Of a stretch of 64,000 nt of DNA, positions 55,753 to 64,000 are shown piece after piece. Every line of letters starts with the position of its first letter. The first letter of the stretch is position 1. The stretch spans positions 192,001 to 256,000 of the forward strand of contig JBOEGF010000014.1 of assembly GCA_050633305.1 (NCBI GenBank). The letters run 5' to 3'. This DNA comes from Nannocystales bacterium. Lineage in GTDB: Bacteria > Myxococcota_A > Polyangia > Nannocystales > Nannocystaceae. A program made the translations under genes and the position numbers. Under the pieces are notes generated by a model. That model was not told the origin of the DNA, did not search any database, and was given only the letters and a program-made list of their open reading frames with translations.

Positions 55753-57285
55753 CTAGTCCAGGGGCCAGATCTCCGGCGGTCGTCGCTCGGGTGGGGGGGT
55801 CGCAGCGCCGCGCCGCTGCAGGTTGGCGATGAACAGGTCGATATACCGGAGATCATCCTCAATGTCGGCGTCGTCGTTGCGCTCGAGCCACAGCGAGACA
55901 CTCTCGCGCAGCGGCTGCAGCACTCCGAGCGCGCCTGACAGATCTCCGTATGCGGAGCGCGTCGCGGCCATGTCGAACCCGGCGTAGATGTTGAGCATGA
56001 CGAACGCCTTCTCCACGCCTGTACTTTCGAACTCTCCGTTATCGGGCGTGTCTCCCGGAGGCAGAGCCGACGTGATTGGGACCTCTTGGACCACGGTCTC
56101 CTCGCTGCCGGGGACCGAGTAGCTCATGACGAGCGTTCCGACGGAGCCGGGGCCCACAGAAGCGTCCAGCGGGGTGACCTCCGCGATGATCGCACCGCCG
56201 CCGCCACGTCGTCCGCCCGCGTCGTCGTCTGTGGCGGTGCGGTGCGCCAGCTGAAGCGCGGGGATGTCGATACTCGCCTCGTTGCCCGCGAGCTCGGCCC
56301 CTTGGGTCCCGTAGATCGCTCGCAGCGAGTACCCGTCGCTCACACTCACATCAATGCGGACGTCGGTCGCAAGGGGGAGAAGGAAGGCCTGTACCTCCTC
56401 CTCGAAGACTTCTCGGACCGCTTCGGGGTTCTCCAGGAAGTAGAACGCGCCCCCGCCAGTCACGGCGAGTTCTCGCATGAGTTCGGGGTCGAAGCTCTGA
56501 CCGATGCCGATCGTGGTGAGCCCAAACCCGAGCTCATTGTATTGCCGGGACATCTCCGCGACACGAGCATCCTCGGTGATGCCCGAGGTGGCCTCCCCAT
56601 CCGACAGCAGAATCACGCGGTTTTGGTAGCCCTCCACAGCGTGGGCCTGAACCGTGTCGTAGGCCTCACGCAGACCCGCGTAGATGTTGGTGCTGCCACC
56701 TGCTTCGATGAGCCCGATCGCTTCGGAGAACTCCGGGTCGTCGCCCGCGACGTTTTCCACGAGAATCTCCGCGGTGCCGTCGAAGGCGATGAGCGAGACC
56801 CGATCCTCCGGTCGAAGGTCGTCGAGCATGCGAAACAGGCCTTCGCGGAGGCTGGTGATGTTGGTCCCACGCATGGAGCCGGATACATCGACCGCGATAG
56901 ACAAGTTGAGCGGGGGACGTTCCAGTGTCGTCGGGTCGATAGCCGTGTTCATCCCCAGCAGCATCAAGGTGCAGTTGCTGCCCGTGATCATGTTGCCCAT
57001 CACGCCGAGTTGCCCGTGAAGGCAGACATCGTCGCTACAGGTCGGGGCCGGGAACTCGACCTTGTGCTCGTTGAAGAAGCCCACGTCATCGAGCGTCGCG
57101 GGGTGCGGGAGACCGCCGTCGTCGAGGATCTGTCGAAACTCGCCGAAGTCTTGTGCTCCGCCCTGGGCAACACCAGCGCCGCCAGCGGCACCCGAGGCCG
57201 CCCCTGAATCACTTTCGTCGGAGCCGCAGCCGGACGCGAGGGAGAGGACCGAGCAGACAAGCGAAATCAGTGCATTCTTCTTCAT
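55753..57285 (-). CDS. VWA domain lipoprotein
   Basis: Lipobox ASGC, MIDAS motif DVSGSM, GSTNIYAG, LLSDG, GGGAFYF. Confidence 0.88.
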   Translation of the reverse strand: MKKNALISLVCSVLSLASGCGSDESDSGAASGAAGGAGVAQGGAQDFGEFRQILDDGGLPHPATLDDVGFFNEHKVEFPAPTCSDDVCLHGQLGVMGNMITGSNCTLMLLGMNTAIDPTTLERPPLNLSIAVDVSGSMRGTNITSLREGLFRMLDDLRPEDRVSLIAFDGTAEILVENVAGDDPEFSEAIGLIEAGGSTNIYAGLREAYDTVQAHAVEGYQNRVILLSDGEATSGITEDARVAEMSRQYNELGFGLTTIGIGQSFDPELMRELAVTGGGAFYFLENPEAVREVFEEEVQAFLLPLATDVRIDVSVSDGYSLRAIYGTQGAELAGNEASIDIPALQLAHRTATDDDAGGRRGGGGAIIAEVTPLDASVGPGSVGTLVMSYSVPGSEETVVQEVPITSALPPGDTPDNGEFESTGVEKAFVMLNIYAGFDMAATRSAYGDLSGALGVLQPLRESVSLWLERNDDADIEDDLRYIDLFIANLQRRGAATPPPERRPPEIWPLD

Positions 57286-57287
57286 CG

Positions 57288-58856
57288 TTACTCTCCTCCT
57301 CGTGCGCGGCGAATCGCGACGAGTTCAAGGTCAACTCCGAGTTCAAGCGGGCCGCTGTCGCACGCGGTATCAGCGACGAGTCGCTCTGATGCATGGACGA
57401 GGTGGAGCTCGAGGGTTTCGGTTTCGCTTTGTGTCGTGGCCGGGACCTCGGCGTCCTGTCGCACGCTGACCGACTCGAACCCGCCGCCGACCATCGAGAC
57501 TGAGACCGCACGGCGCACGGTGCCGCAAGCCTCCTCGGGAAGGGCTTCACAGGAGAGTTCGGGGTCGATCAGGGCTTGCATGCCGTAGACGGTGGAGCCG
57601 CCATTGCTGCGAAGCGCGGTGAGCGTGGTGTCGGGTTCGCCGGTCTGAGGGTCTCGGCGGGTGAGGGCGACGGCCTGAGTCACCCCGTTCGTCGAGGCAT
57701 CATGCACTTCGATGAAGTCGCCCTGTGCGAAGGGAAAGGCGTCGTGCGGGAGGCACAGCTCCCACGGCGTTCCCGGAACATCGAGCTGCTCTTCAAACCC
57801 GGTGCTGAGAGCGACTTGAACGCAGCCGTCCAATCCCTCGTCGACGCTGGATAGGATCCATTCGCCCGCGGGAGTGTCGCCCCACGCGAGGCGACTGGAC
57901 GCGGACGAGGGGGTACAAGCGCCTGGCTCGGGGGCAGCGAGGGCTCCGATGCGGAAGACGAGGTCGTCCTGTGTTTCGTATGTTCCGACACCATCGTTGT
58001 CGAACGCGACCGAGATCCATCCTGTGGTATCGGGTGTGATTCCGGTCCCGTCGACGAAACTCTGTGGGTACTGGCCCTCGCGCCAGAAGACGACGGAGGG
58101 GGCGAGGTTGTCCGCGTCGATCCAAGCGGCGTGGCAACTGCGCATGGGTCGGTCCCAGAGTTCGAGGACAGGCATCGTCGCATCCGCGGCGAGCGTCCAG
58201 CTCTGCGCATCGTCGAACAGTGCGTCGCGGAGGTAGCGGGCGGGGTCCTCTTCGACGAGGTCGCAGTCGAACTCGGCCGACTCCTTCAGCGGACGGATGC
58301 GCAGCACGATGTCGAACTCGTTGGCGTTGTGGATGTACGTGTCGGCTTCGAAGGACCCAAAGAAAGGCTCTTGAACCTGACTGGTCGCGACGCAGCAGAG
58401 CATCCCCGCGGAGGCCACTGCGACCTCGCCCGTGACGTGGTGTGCAACACGCTGTGCGGCCATGCGCGGCACGAACACGTAGCTGATCGCCAGTGCCGGC
58501 AGCGTGAGCAGATCGGTGAGGTCCGAGGTGATCGACCAAGGAAACCCGACCATGCCCATGAGTCCGGACCAGGTGTCGGCGGCGACTGGCGAGACCTGAA
58601 TGGCGGAAAAGACGGCTCCGATGCCGACGTGGGCAAACGCCCAGCCGCGGCGGGAGCGAACGCGTACGAGGACGGCCAGCAGGAGTGGCGCAGCGAACAG
58701 TCCGACGACGTCGCTGAGTTTTCCGGCGAACCATCCGGGCACCAGGCCCGAGCCCTTGAGCAGATGGTCGTTGATCGCCAGCATGGCAACGGCGCCGAGC
58801 CACACGGGGTGGAGCAGCGCGCGTCGCAGCAGGGGAGTTGGGGGGGTCTCAGTCAT
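57288..58856 (-). CDS. membrane protein with N-terminal TM bundle and large Cys-containing extracytoplasmic domain
   Basis: HPVWLGAVAMLAINDHLLK..GKLSDVVGL TM region, internal MLCCVATS, acidic C-domain. AGGA lies upstream of ATG 58856. Confidence 0.75.
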   Translation of the reverse strand: MTETPPTPLLRRALLHPVWLGAVAMLAINDHLLKGSGLVPGWFAGKLSDVVGLFAAPLLLAVLVRVRSRRGWAFAHVGIGAVFSAIQVSPVAADTWSGLMGMVGFPWSITSDLTDLLTLPALAISYVFVPRMAAQRVAHHVTGEVAVASAGMLCCVATSQVQEPFFGSFEADTYIHNANEFDIVLRIRPLKESAEFDCDLVEEDPARYLRDALFDDAQSWTLAADATMPVLELWDRPMRSCHAAWIDADNLAPSVVFWREGQYPQSFVDGTGITPDTTGWISVAFDNDGVGTYETQDDLVFRIGALAAPEPGACTPSSASSRLAWGDTPAGEWILSSVDEGLDGCVQVALSTGFEEQLDVPGTPWELCLPHDAFPFAQGDFIEVHDASTNGVTQAVALTRRDPQTGEPDTTLTALRSNGGSTVYGMQALIDPELSCEALPEEACGTVRRAVSVSMVGGGFESVSVRQDAEVPATTQSETETLELHLVHASERLVADTACDSGPLELGVDLELVAIRRARGGE

Positions 58857-59285
58857 GAAAATCCTCGCAGCTAAGGGGTACGCAGGGGTAGTGCCGGCTC
58901 CCCGGGAAACGATCACGGGGGTGTCGTGGTGTTCGCGGATCCCGCGTGGTCTGCCGACAGGTAGGCAGGAGGTGTTGGAGCGCCTGTCCGCCCTGGCTCT
59001 CGCCGCCGCTCGGCCTGTGGGTCGGTGGGCGCGACGTTTCGGGCGTCGCTGATTCGCCTGGCGGCGTCGCCGAGGCCCCGGAGTCGCGGCAACGAGCGCG
59101 GCGTCGGTCATTTTTGGGGCTGATCCCCACCCGGAGGGGAGCCGACACGCGCCCGGATCCACAGGGTGCAAACACGGTAGTGCCCGCCGGACACGAAACG
59201 ATCAGATCGGGATGCTGTGATTCCACATCCTCACGAAGCCACGAATTCGCGGGCCCAACGGCGGTTTTGCGGCTACCGTGAGGCC

Positions 59286-59795
59286 ATGCGCTTGGATTAT
59301 TGGAAGCTCGCGGTGTTCGCGGGTGTGCTGCTCGGGGGATGCGGCGATGCCGAAAGTGACCTCTCCGACGAGATGCCGGAGGACCTCCCCGCCGGTCAAT
59401 CGGCCACCGACGGTGAGACCGAATCGGCGTCGGCCTCGAGCACGACTGGGTCGGGAGCAAACGGGGGCGAGACCACGGGTGGTCCAGCCCCCGCGTGTCA
59501 GAGTTCGGACGATTGTCTCGGGCTCAACGTCTGCGTCGCGCCGTGGGATCCCGAGACACAGACCGCCGGCGAGCCCGACTGTGCCTTCGCCTGCATCCCC
59601 TCGTATGACGAGATGCAGTGGTGTGCCGATGCCGCGGCCTGCTGCGACCCGGAGGCGATTTGTACCGCGCGGGGATACTGCGTGCCCCCGCAGGAGCCTG
59701 GCTCTGCGGACTCCAGCTCCGGAGGCTCACCGACCAGCTCGACCGGGGATGGCTCGACGGGCGGAGACTCCACCGGAACCGGGGGTGGGCAATGA
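59286..59795 (+). CDS. DEMPEDLPAG/10-Cys lipoprotein paralog 1
   Basis: Lipobox LGGC, LSDEMPEDLPAG, and C-domain ...WC.DA..CCD....CTARGYC. Confidence 0.85.
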   Translation: MRLDYWKLAVFAGVLLGGCGDAESDLSDEMPEDLPAGQSATDGETESASASSTTGSGANGGETTGGPAPACQSSDDCLGLNVCVAPWDPETQTAGEPDCAFACIPSYDEMQWCADAAACCDPEAICTARGYCVPPQEPGSADSSSGGSPTSSTGDGSTGGDSTGTGGGQ

Positions 59796-60334
59796 GTAAG
59801 AGTCGCCAGAGTCGTTGGTTGCTCGCGTCGCTGCTACTCCTTGGTTGCGATGCCGACTCCGCGTCCGATGGTGTTGCTTCGAGTGATACCGATGTGTTCG
59901 GGGACGACATGCCCGACGATTTTCCGGCTGGCAGCTGTGCAGAGACGGCGGGCGAGGACTGTGAGACTGAGGGCGACGGCGCGGGGGAGAGCGTTGGGGA
60001 TAGCGCTGTCACCGACGGTGCCCCTGCCGGCTGCGTCGCCGAAGGGTGTGTTGGACAGGGGGTCTGCGTCGCGCCGTGGGACGAAACCGCCGAGGCACTT
60101 GGCGAGTTCGAGTGTCGTTTCAGCTGCGTGCCCCTCCTTGATGACTCGTCGTGGTGCGCCGGTGACGATTCGTGTTGTGACACCGGAGCGAGGTGCACGG
60201 ACCGTGGCTACTGCGTGCTCGCCGGAGAAGGCGGTTCGACCGGAAGCGGTTCCGGCGACACAGACACAGATGGATCTCCGGACACAGATGGACCTCTGGA
60301 CACAGATGGATCCACGTCTGGAGGTACGGGATGA
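59792..60334 (+). CDS. DEMPEDLPAG/10-Cys lipoprotein paralog 2
   Basis: Lipobox LLGC, FGDDMPDDFPAG, same 10-Cys domain, ATGA overlap. Confidence 0.85.
   Translation: MSKSRQSRWLLASLLLLGCDADSASDGVASSDTDVFGDDMPDDFPAGSCAETAGEDCETEGDGAGESVGDSAVTDGAPAGCVAEGCVGQGVCVAPWDETAEALGEFECRFSCVPLLDDSSWCAGDDSCCDTGARCTDRGYCVLAGEGGSTGSGSGDTDTDGSPDTDGPLDTDGSTSGGTG
60262..60315 (+). repeat. three 18-bp tandem repeats (gacacagatggaYCnCng) encoding DTDGxx
   Basis: gacacagatggatctccg / gacacagatggacctctg / gacacagatggatccacg. Confidence 0.7.
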
Positions 60335-60894
60335 CTCGGGGCCTGGTCATGCTCGCTGTCCTGTTGGTAGCGGGTCTAGGGTGTAACGGTGAGCCGAACG
60401 ATTCCCTCGTCCATGACGGGCCCGGCGAGGACCTTTCTGACGAGATGCCCGAGGACCTACCCGCCGGCGAATGCAGAGCCGGCGACACCGACACTGAGGA
60501 CTGCGAGATGGGTTCATCCTCGGGCGGTGGCTCGGGAGGTTCGTCGAGTCAGGACGGCGCAGGGGCAGCTTCGGAGTGCGCCATGACGGAGGAGTGCTCT
60601 GGCGCAGGGGCGTGTGCGGCGAGCTGGGAAGAGGGAGGACGGACACCTTTCTCGTGTCGGTTCACGTGCATCCCCACCTTGGACGAGGGTGCGTGGTGCC
60701 GTGACGACGCTTCGTGTTGCGATGTGGATGCGGTCTGCACCGGGCGCGGTTACTGCGTTGTTCCCCAGGGCTCCGAAGGCTTGGACAACATCATCGCCGG
60801 TCCGAAACTCTCGGATGAGATGCCCGAAGACCTTCCTGCGGGCGGCGGCACGCCGGGCGGTTGGCTCATAGGCAAGACAGGAAACGTCCCATGA
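60331..60894 (+). CDS. DEMPEDLPAG/10-Cys lipoprotein paralog 3 (two motif copies)
   Basis: Lipobox GLGC; LSDEMPEDLPAG at both the N- and C-terminal ends; ATGA overlap. Confidence 0.85.
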   Translation: MTRGLVMLAVLLVAGLGCNGEPNDSLVHDGPGEDLSDEMPEDLPAGECRAGDTDTEDCEMGSSSGGGSGGSSSQDGAGAASECAMTEECSGAGACAASWEEGGRTPFSCRFTCIPTLDEGAWCRDDASCCDVDAVCTGRGYCVVPQGSEGLDNIIAGPKLSDEMPEDLPAGGGTPGGWLIGKTGNVP

Positions 60895-61364
60895 ACCGAG
60901 TCATGCTCCTTCTCTTCGCGTTTGCCGGCAGTGCGTGTTTTGCACCAGGCAGGCTAACGGACGAAATGCCTGAAGACTTCCCCGCAATGGGGTGTGAGGA
61001 CACGGATACGGACGCATGCGTTTCGTCGTCGGGCTCCGGCGGGGCGGGGGGATCGACGGGAGGACAAAGCTCCGCCACCGCGCCTGCGGCGGACGATTGC
61101 GAGGCAAGCCAAACCTGCTTGGGCGAGGACTCTTGCGTCGCCGATTGGGACGCTGAAGCTGGGTCCCGCGGCCCCTACACCTGCCGGTTCGCCTGCGTCG
61201 CGCTGCTCGATGAGGCTTCATGGTGCCGTGACGATGCGGCCTGTTGCGATGCTTCGGCCCGGTGCACGGCGCGGGGCTACTGCGTCCTCTCCGACTCAAC
61301 GAACAGCGACGGCGCGAGTTCGGGCAGCGGGAGCACGGGCAGCGGGAGCACGGGCACGGAATGA
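60891..61364 (+). CDS. DEMPEDLPAG/10-Cys lipoprotein paralog 4
   Basis: Lipobox-like GSAC, LTDEMPEDFPAM, same Cys domain, ATGA overlap. Confidence 0.85.
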   Translation: MNRVMLLLFAFAGSACFAPGRLTDEMPEDFPAMGCEDTDTDACVSSSGSGGAGGSTGGQSSATAPAADDCEASQTCLGEDSCVADWDAEAGSRGPYTCRFACVALLDEASWCRDDAACCDASARCTARGYCVLSDSTNSDGASSGSGSTGSGSTGTE

Positions 61365-61819
61365 ACCGTCTGGCGCTGTCGCTGGTCGTGCTGCTGGCCG
61401 GGTGTGGGTCGACGGCGGGCGCGTCGGACCTGTCGGACGAGATGCCCGAAGACCTGCCCGCTGGGGGATGTCGTGACACCGACGTTGCGGGGACGAGCGG
61501 AGGCGGAACAGGCGGCCTCGAGGGCTGCGACCAGGCCACGACCACCGGGCCAGCGGGGTCCGGCACCACCGGCACGGAGGCCGACCCGGAATGTGCTGGG
61601 GCGGGCGACTGTGACGACGGTGCGGGCGCCTGTGTCGCGGATTGGGAAGCGGGCGAGCGAGGCCCGTTCACGTGCCGGTTTGTCTGCATTCCGACGTTGG
61701 ACGAAACCTCATGGTGCAGCGACGATGCGTCGTGCTGCGACGCAGCGGCGAGCTGCACACCCCGTGGCTACTGCATCGTCTCTGGCGGCTCCGACGGCAG
61801 CTCAACCAGCGGAGACTGA
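61361..61819 (+). CDS. DEMPEDLPAG/10-Cys lipoprotein paralog 5
   Basis: Lipobox LAGC, LSDEMPEDLPAG, same Cys domain, ATGA overlap. Confidence 0.85.
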   Translation: MNRLALSLVVLLAGCGSTAGASDLSDEMPEDLPAGGCRDTDVAGTSGGGTGGLEGCDQATTTGPAGSGTTGTEADPECAGAGDCDDGAGACVADWEAGERGPFTCRFVCIPTLDETSWCSDDASCCDAAASCTPRGYCIVSGGSDGSSTSGD

Positions 61820-64000
61820 CCCGCTGAGCTCGATCGTATCGAGGAGCCACAGCACATGGTCCAGCAGTGACGCCTCGGGGTCCGCGGTCGAGGCACTCTC
61901 GCGTGCGACTTGGGCGAGGGTACGCGCGCGTCGCAGGTCGACGGGCATGTTTGCGACGGCGAGGTAGTAGCGGACCCGCCTCGCGAACCTTCCGTCCGAG
62001 CCGCTGGCGATGGGGAACACGTTGAGCAGAGGTTCAAGCCACTCGCGCGCGAGTTTGGGCTGTCCACGGTTGACATGGGCGCAGCCGATCAGGAGGCGGT
62101 AGCGACCCAACCTCGCGGGCTCGTTGGAGCCGAGCTTGGTCAAGATGCCGAGCCCCGCCTCCAGGCTTCGAATCGCCTCGTCGTAACGCCGAGCCTCGTA
62201 CTGCGCGGAGCCAAGGTTGAAGAGGTTCTTTGCGACACCCGGGTGGTCGTGACCGTCGACTTGTTTGCGGAGGACCAGCGCCCGTTCGAGGGTCGCGATG
62301 GCGCGGGCTGAGTCGCCTTGTGCCTTGTACGCGGTGCCGAGGTTTCCGAGCACGACCGGTACGAAGGGGTGCTCTGCGCCGAGTGTGTTTTGAAAACTCG
62401 CTTTGGCGCGTTCGAGCACTTCCACGGCCCGCTTGGGCTCGTTGCGCGTGATGTAGAGACCCCCGAGGCTGGTCAAAGCGCGCGCGGTCTGGGGATGGTC
62501 CTCGCCGTAGATTCTTATGTATGTGACGAGGGCCGAGGTGTAGTGGTCCAGGGCGTCGTCGAGTTGACGCCCGACTCGATCTGCGCCGCCGAGGTTCATG
62601 TCGAGGCCCGCTTGTAAGAGGGGGTCGGCACCAAGCATGCGCAGGACCGCGCCGGCATCGGCGCCTAGCGACCGAGCCTCGGCGTGTCGTTCTGCGTCGC
62701 GGCCGACGATGTAGATCAACCGAATCAGCGCGAGTGCCCTCGTCGTATGATCGTCGGCGACCTCGGCGAGGCGGAGCGCGTCACGCAAGCTCTTCTCCGC
62801 CGCTGGGTAGTTGCCCGTGCGCTCGGTGTATTGGCCCTGAACGAGGAGCCCGGCCGCCTCGGTGCTGGGGTCGTCGTATCGCCGGCCCGCGGCAATGACA
62901 CCATCGGCAAGCTCGATGGCGCGGTTGTAGTGCGCCAACCCGCCGTGAGCCCGAGCGCGGGCGAGTTGGGCATGTGCCTGATTGAGCGCCTCGGCCGCCT
63001 CGGGTGCTCGTGCCACGGAGAAGGCCTTGAGCCTTCGGGGGTCGGCGCAAGCCTCGACCGGCGCGAGGGTGACGACGGCTTGCACCGCCTGTTGCGCGAT
63101 GCCTTCTTCGCCGGTCGAGAGCACACCAACCAGCTCTTCGACGGTCCTGCGTCGATTCTCGAGGCAGTGCGCCTGGCGTTCAAGCATGACTGCATCGGCG
63201 CTCTCGACCAGATTCGCTGTGCAGTGTGCTTCGGAGCCGCGCGCCCAGTCGTCAACGTAGGTACTGAGCATGCGGTCGACCGTGGACCACGTTGCAGCAG
63301 CGTACGGGGTGTTCGGCTGGAGGAGCGCGGCTTCAACGGAGGCCTTGCGCTCGTGCCAGAAAGCCTGAAGCGGCGCACCCGCATCATCGCAGACTCCGAC
63401 CTCGAGGGGGTCGGGTCGCGTGCCCGCATAGACCGCTCCTGCGAGAACACTGGCCCCCACGAATCCGAAACCGACGCGCCGCAGCGAGCGTAGCGGGCTC
63501 TCATGTAGCGCCTCCACCAACGCGCTCATCGATGCGAACCGGTCTCCAGGGTCCGTTGCGAGCCCTGTTCGTAGAGTCTCGAAGATTCGGCGAGGGGCGG
63601 TCGCGGTGCCGGGTGGGGCTTGAATGCGACCGGTGACGACATTGCCGGCGAGCTCTCCGTAGGTTCGCCCGGCGAACGGACGGACGTCGGTCAGCGCCTC
63701 CCACAACGAGACGCAGAAGGCGAATTGGTCGCTGGCCGCCGTTGTTGGGGACGCATTGTGCTGCTCGGGAGCCATGTACGCCGGGGTGCCCATGATCGCC
63801 CCGGTCTGCGTGAGGGTTGCGGACTGTTCGTTCCTCGGTTGCTCATCTGGGATCGTCGGAGTCGAAATGTCCGAGCGGGATAGGCCGAAGTCCATCACCC
63901 GAGCGCGGCCGTCCTCGCCGAGCATGACGTTGTCGGGCTTGAAGTCCCGGTGCACGATGCCTGCCGCGTGCGCTGCCTCGAGGCCCCGCGCTGCATCGCA
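61802..64000 (-). CDS. serine/threonine kinase with TM and TPR repeats (5' end outside window)
   Basis: HRDFKPDNVM, MDFGL, GTPAYMAPEQ, SDQFAFCV, and TPRs (YGEDHPQTA, LGAEHP, GHDHPGVA). Confidence 0.92.
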   Translation of the reverse strand, partial: CDAARGLEAAHAAGIVHRDFKPDNVMLGEDGRARVMDFGLSRSDISTPTIPDEQPRNEQSATLTQTGAIMGTPAYMAPEQHNASPTTAASDQFAFCVSLWEALTDVRPFAGRTYGELAGNVVTGRIQAPPGTATAPRRIFETLRTGLATDPGDRFASMSALVEALHESPLRSLRRVGFGFVGASVLAGAVYAGTRPDPLEVGVCDDAGAPLQAFWHERKASVEAALLQPNTPYAAATWSTVDRMLSTYVDDWARGSEAHCTANLVESADAVMLERQAHCLENRRRTVEELVGVLSTGEEGIAQQAVQAVVTLAPVEACADPRRLKAFSVARAPEAAEALNQAHAQLARARAHGGLAHYNRAIELADGVIAAGRRYDDPSTEAAGLLVQGQYTERTGNYPAAEKSLRDALRLAEVADDHTTRALALIRLIYIVGRDAERHAEARSLGADAGAVLRMLGADPLLQAGLDMNLGGADRVGRQLDDALDHYTSALVTYIRIYGEDHPQTARALTSLGGLYITRNEPKRAVEVLERAKASFQNTLGAEHPFVPVVLGNLGTAYKAQGDSARAIATLERALVLRKQVDGHDHPGVAKNLFNLGSAQYEARRYDEAIRSLEAGLGILTKLGSNEPARLGRYRLLIGCAHVNRGQPKLAREWLEPLLNVFPIASGSDGRFARRVRYYLAVANMPVDLRRARTLAQVARESASTADPEASLLDHVLWLLDTIELSGSVSAG

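Noticed and set aside
58857..59285. Hairpin-rich divergent intergenic region as an ncRNA or riboswitch
   Set aside because: Only short GC stems expected at this base composition; no riboswitch consensus recognised. An Rfam/Infernal scan would settle it.
59361..61465. Recurring gacgagatgcc.ga.gac DNA repeat as a CRISPR or non-coding repeat array
   Set aside because: Copies are 150-550 bp apart, in frame and synonymously variable, so they are coding motifs.

Overview
GC-rich bacterial DNA, most likely a myxobacterium. This is inferred from the Ser/Thr kinases with TPR tails, the many Thr/Gly-linker lipoproteins, the RCC1-repeat proteins and a DUF1501 gene pair. About 58 tightly packed CDSs are supported. 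No rRNA, tRNA, CRISPR array, transposase or prophage was recognised. Recognisable genes: anmK, a KdsC-like HAD phosphatase, fabH, solA-like oxidase, a DinG/XPD helicase with an N-terminal nuclease, a heterodimeric ABC exporter, MATE, an NtrC-type regulator, LysR, an MBL hydrolase, a type I secretion-like ABC/HlyD/TolC trio, and MbnP/MbnH. Most notable observations: (1) an operon of five translationally coupled paralogous lipoproteins (59286-61819) sharing a DEMPEDLPAG motif and a 10-Cys domain; (2) a tandem pair of Hsp90/GHKL-like genes in which the second has lost its ATP-binding residues; (3) a lipid-anchored EGSCGG-repeat (HvfA/oxazolin-like) peptide near an mbnP-diheme cytochrome-mbnH cluster; (4) a 29-codon leader peptide with alternative hairpins upstream of the ABC exporter; (5) a recurring TANNNT-N6-start arrangement suggesting leaderless mRNAs; (6) a VOC enzyme fused to a histone H1-like tail. 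All calls come from reading motifs by eye; no database search was run.
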